A stretch of DNA of 64,000 nt from Podarcis melisellensis (Eukaryota), in assembly GCA_964234715.1 (NCBI GenBank), contig OZ174276.1. One strand, 5' to 3'. The notes beneath the pieces were generated by a model that searched no databases, was not told the origin of the DNA, and saw only the letters and a list, made by a program, of their open reading frames with translations. Made by a program: the position numbers and the translations under genes. Of this stretch, positions 63,324-64,000 are shown one piece after another; the stretch's first letter is position 1, and every line of letters starts with the position of its first letter.

Positions 63324-63924
63324 CCCAAAGATTAAGGCCTACTGGGAAATGATCTATAATGAAATTAAGAAAGTCCTTAAGTGGACATTTGTAAAGAAAC
63401 CAGAGGCTTTTCTCTTGGGCATGGTCGGCCAATTGGTACCAAAGAAGGATAGAACATTTTTTATGTATGCAACCACAGCAGCAAGAATCCTGTTGGCAAA
63501 GTATTGGAAGATGCAAGAACTACCTACTCTGGAAGAATGGCAGACGAAGGTGACTGAATTTATGGGACTGGCAGAGATGACCGGCAGAATCCGTGACCAG
63601 AGGAAAGAGACAGTGGAGGAGGATTGGGGAAAATTTAAAGTATATCTTAAAACTGTTGTAAAATTATGGACTGATAAGATGTGAAGGGGTAAGAAACAGA
63701 GAATTACAGCTGTAAATGATAAGGTTAAGAAAATCTAAAGAGAGTTAATTAGAATTGATTGATGGGTTGCTAAAAAATGGAAAAACAAGGATGCAGTGAA
63801 AGGGAGGTATGGGGAAGTCAAATTTTATTTGTATGTATTTGTTTTTTTGAAGTGTGTTTGTTTTCTTTTTTGTTTTGTCTGTTGTATATTTTGAAAACCA
63901 TTAAAAATCATTTAAAAATAAAAA
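63324..63924 (+). mobile_element. L1 3' fragment (copy E)
   Basis: ORF 63349..63684 is the ORF2 C-terminus (KKPEAFLLG, YATTAAR, PTLEEW); 11-bp TSD ataaaaaacag at 63313-63323 and 63925-63935; ATTAAA at 63900. Confidence 0.92.
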
Positions 63925-64000
63925 ATAAAAAACAGTTTTCAAAAAAAGAAAAGAAAAAGATATTGCCCTTCAGTCAACTCATTCTTCTCAGAAAGCCAGT

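Noticed and set aside
1-64000. CRISPR arrays, prokaryotic operons, or host CDS among the ORFs of about 60-170 aa
   Set aside because: This is eukaryotic repeat-rich DNA; the short ORFs are random or repeat-derived, and there is no repeat-spacer array.

Overview
Vertebrate genomic DNA, almost certainly squamate and probably a lacertid lizard, judged from Sauria SINEs, a BovB fragment, tRNA-derived SINEs, CR1/L2 remnants and lizard-type MITEs. I found no host protein-coding exon. The window reads like intergenic or large-intron DNA, with a possible promoter and non-coding first exon near 31.8-32.8 kb. The main feature is a full-length, apparently intact 6.5-kb L1 LINE (12680-19201, +) with a perfect 16-bp TSD, a 1.5-kb 5'UTR that is CpG-rich at its start, ORF1, and an EN-RT-CCHC ORF2. 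Six more 5'-truncated, mutually divergent L1 copies each have a recognisable TSD. Best novel observation: all seven L1 3'UTRs keep a GGAAGTC-type motif, usually after GAAAG and a purine run, 55-130 nt upstream of the poly(A) signal. The motif is the reverse complement of the first bases of the full-length element (GACTTCC), and the variants keep pairing through G-U wobble. This suggests a 5'-3' panhandle (circularisation) or an ORF2p-recognition element in these short-tailed L1 RNAs. Family names come from pattern recognition only; no database search or folding program was run.
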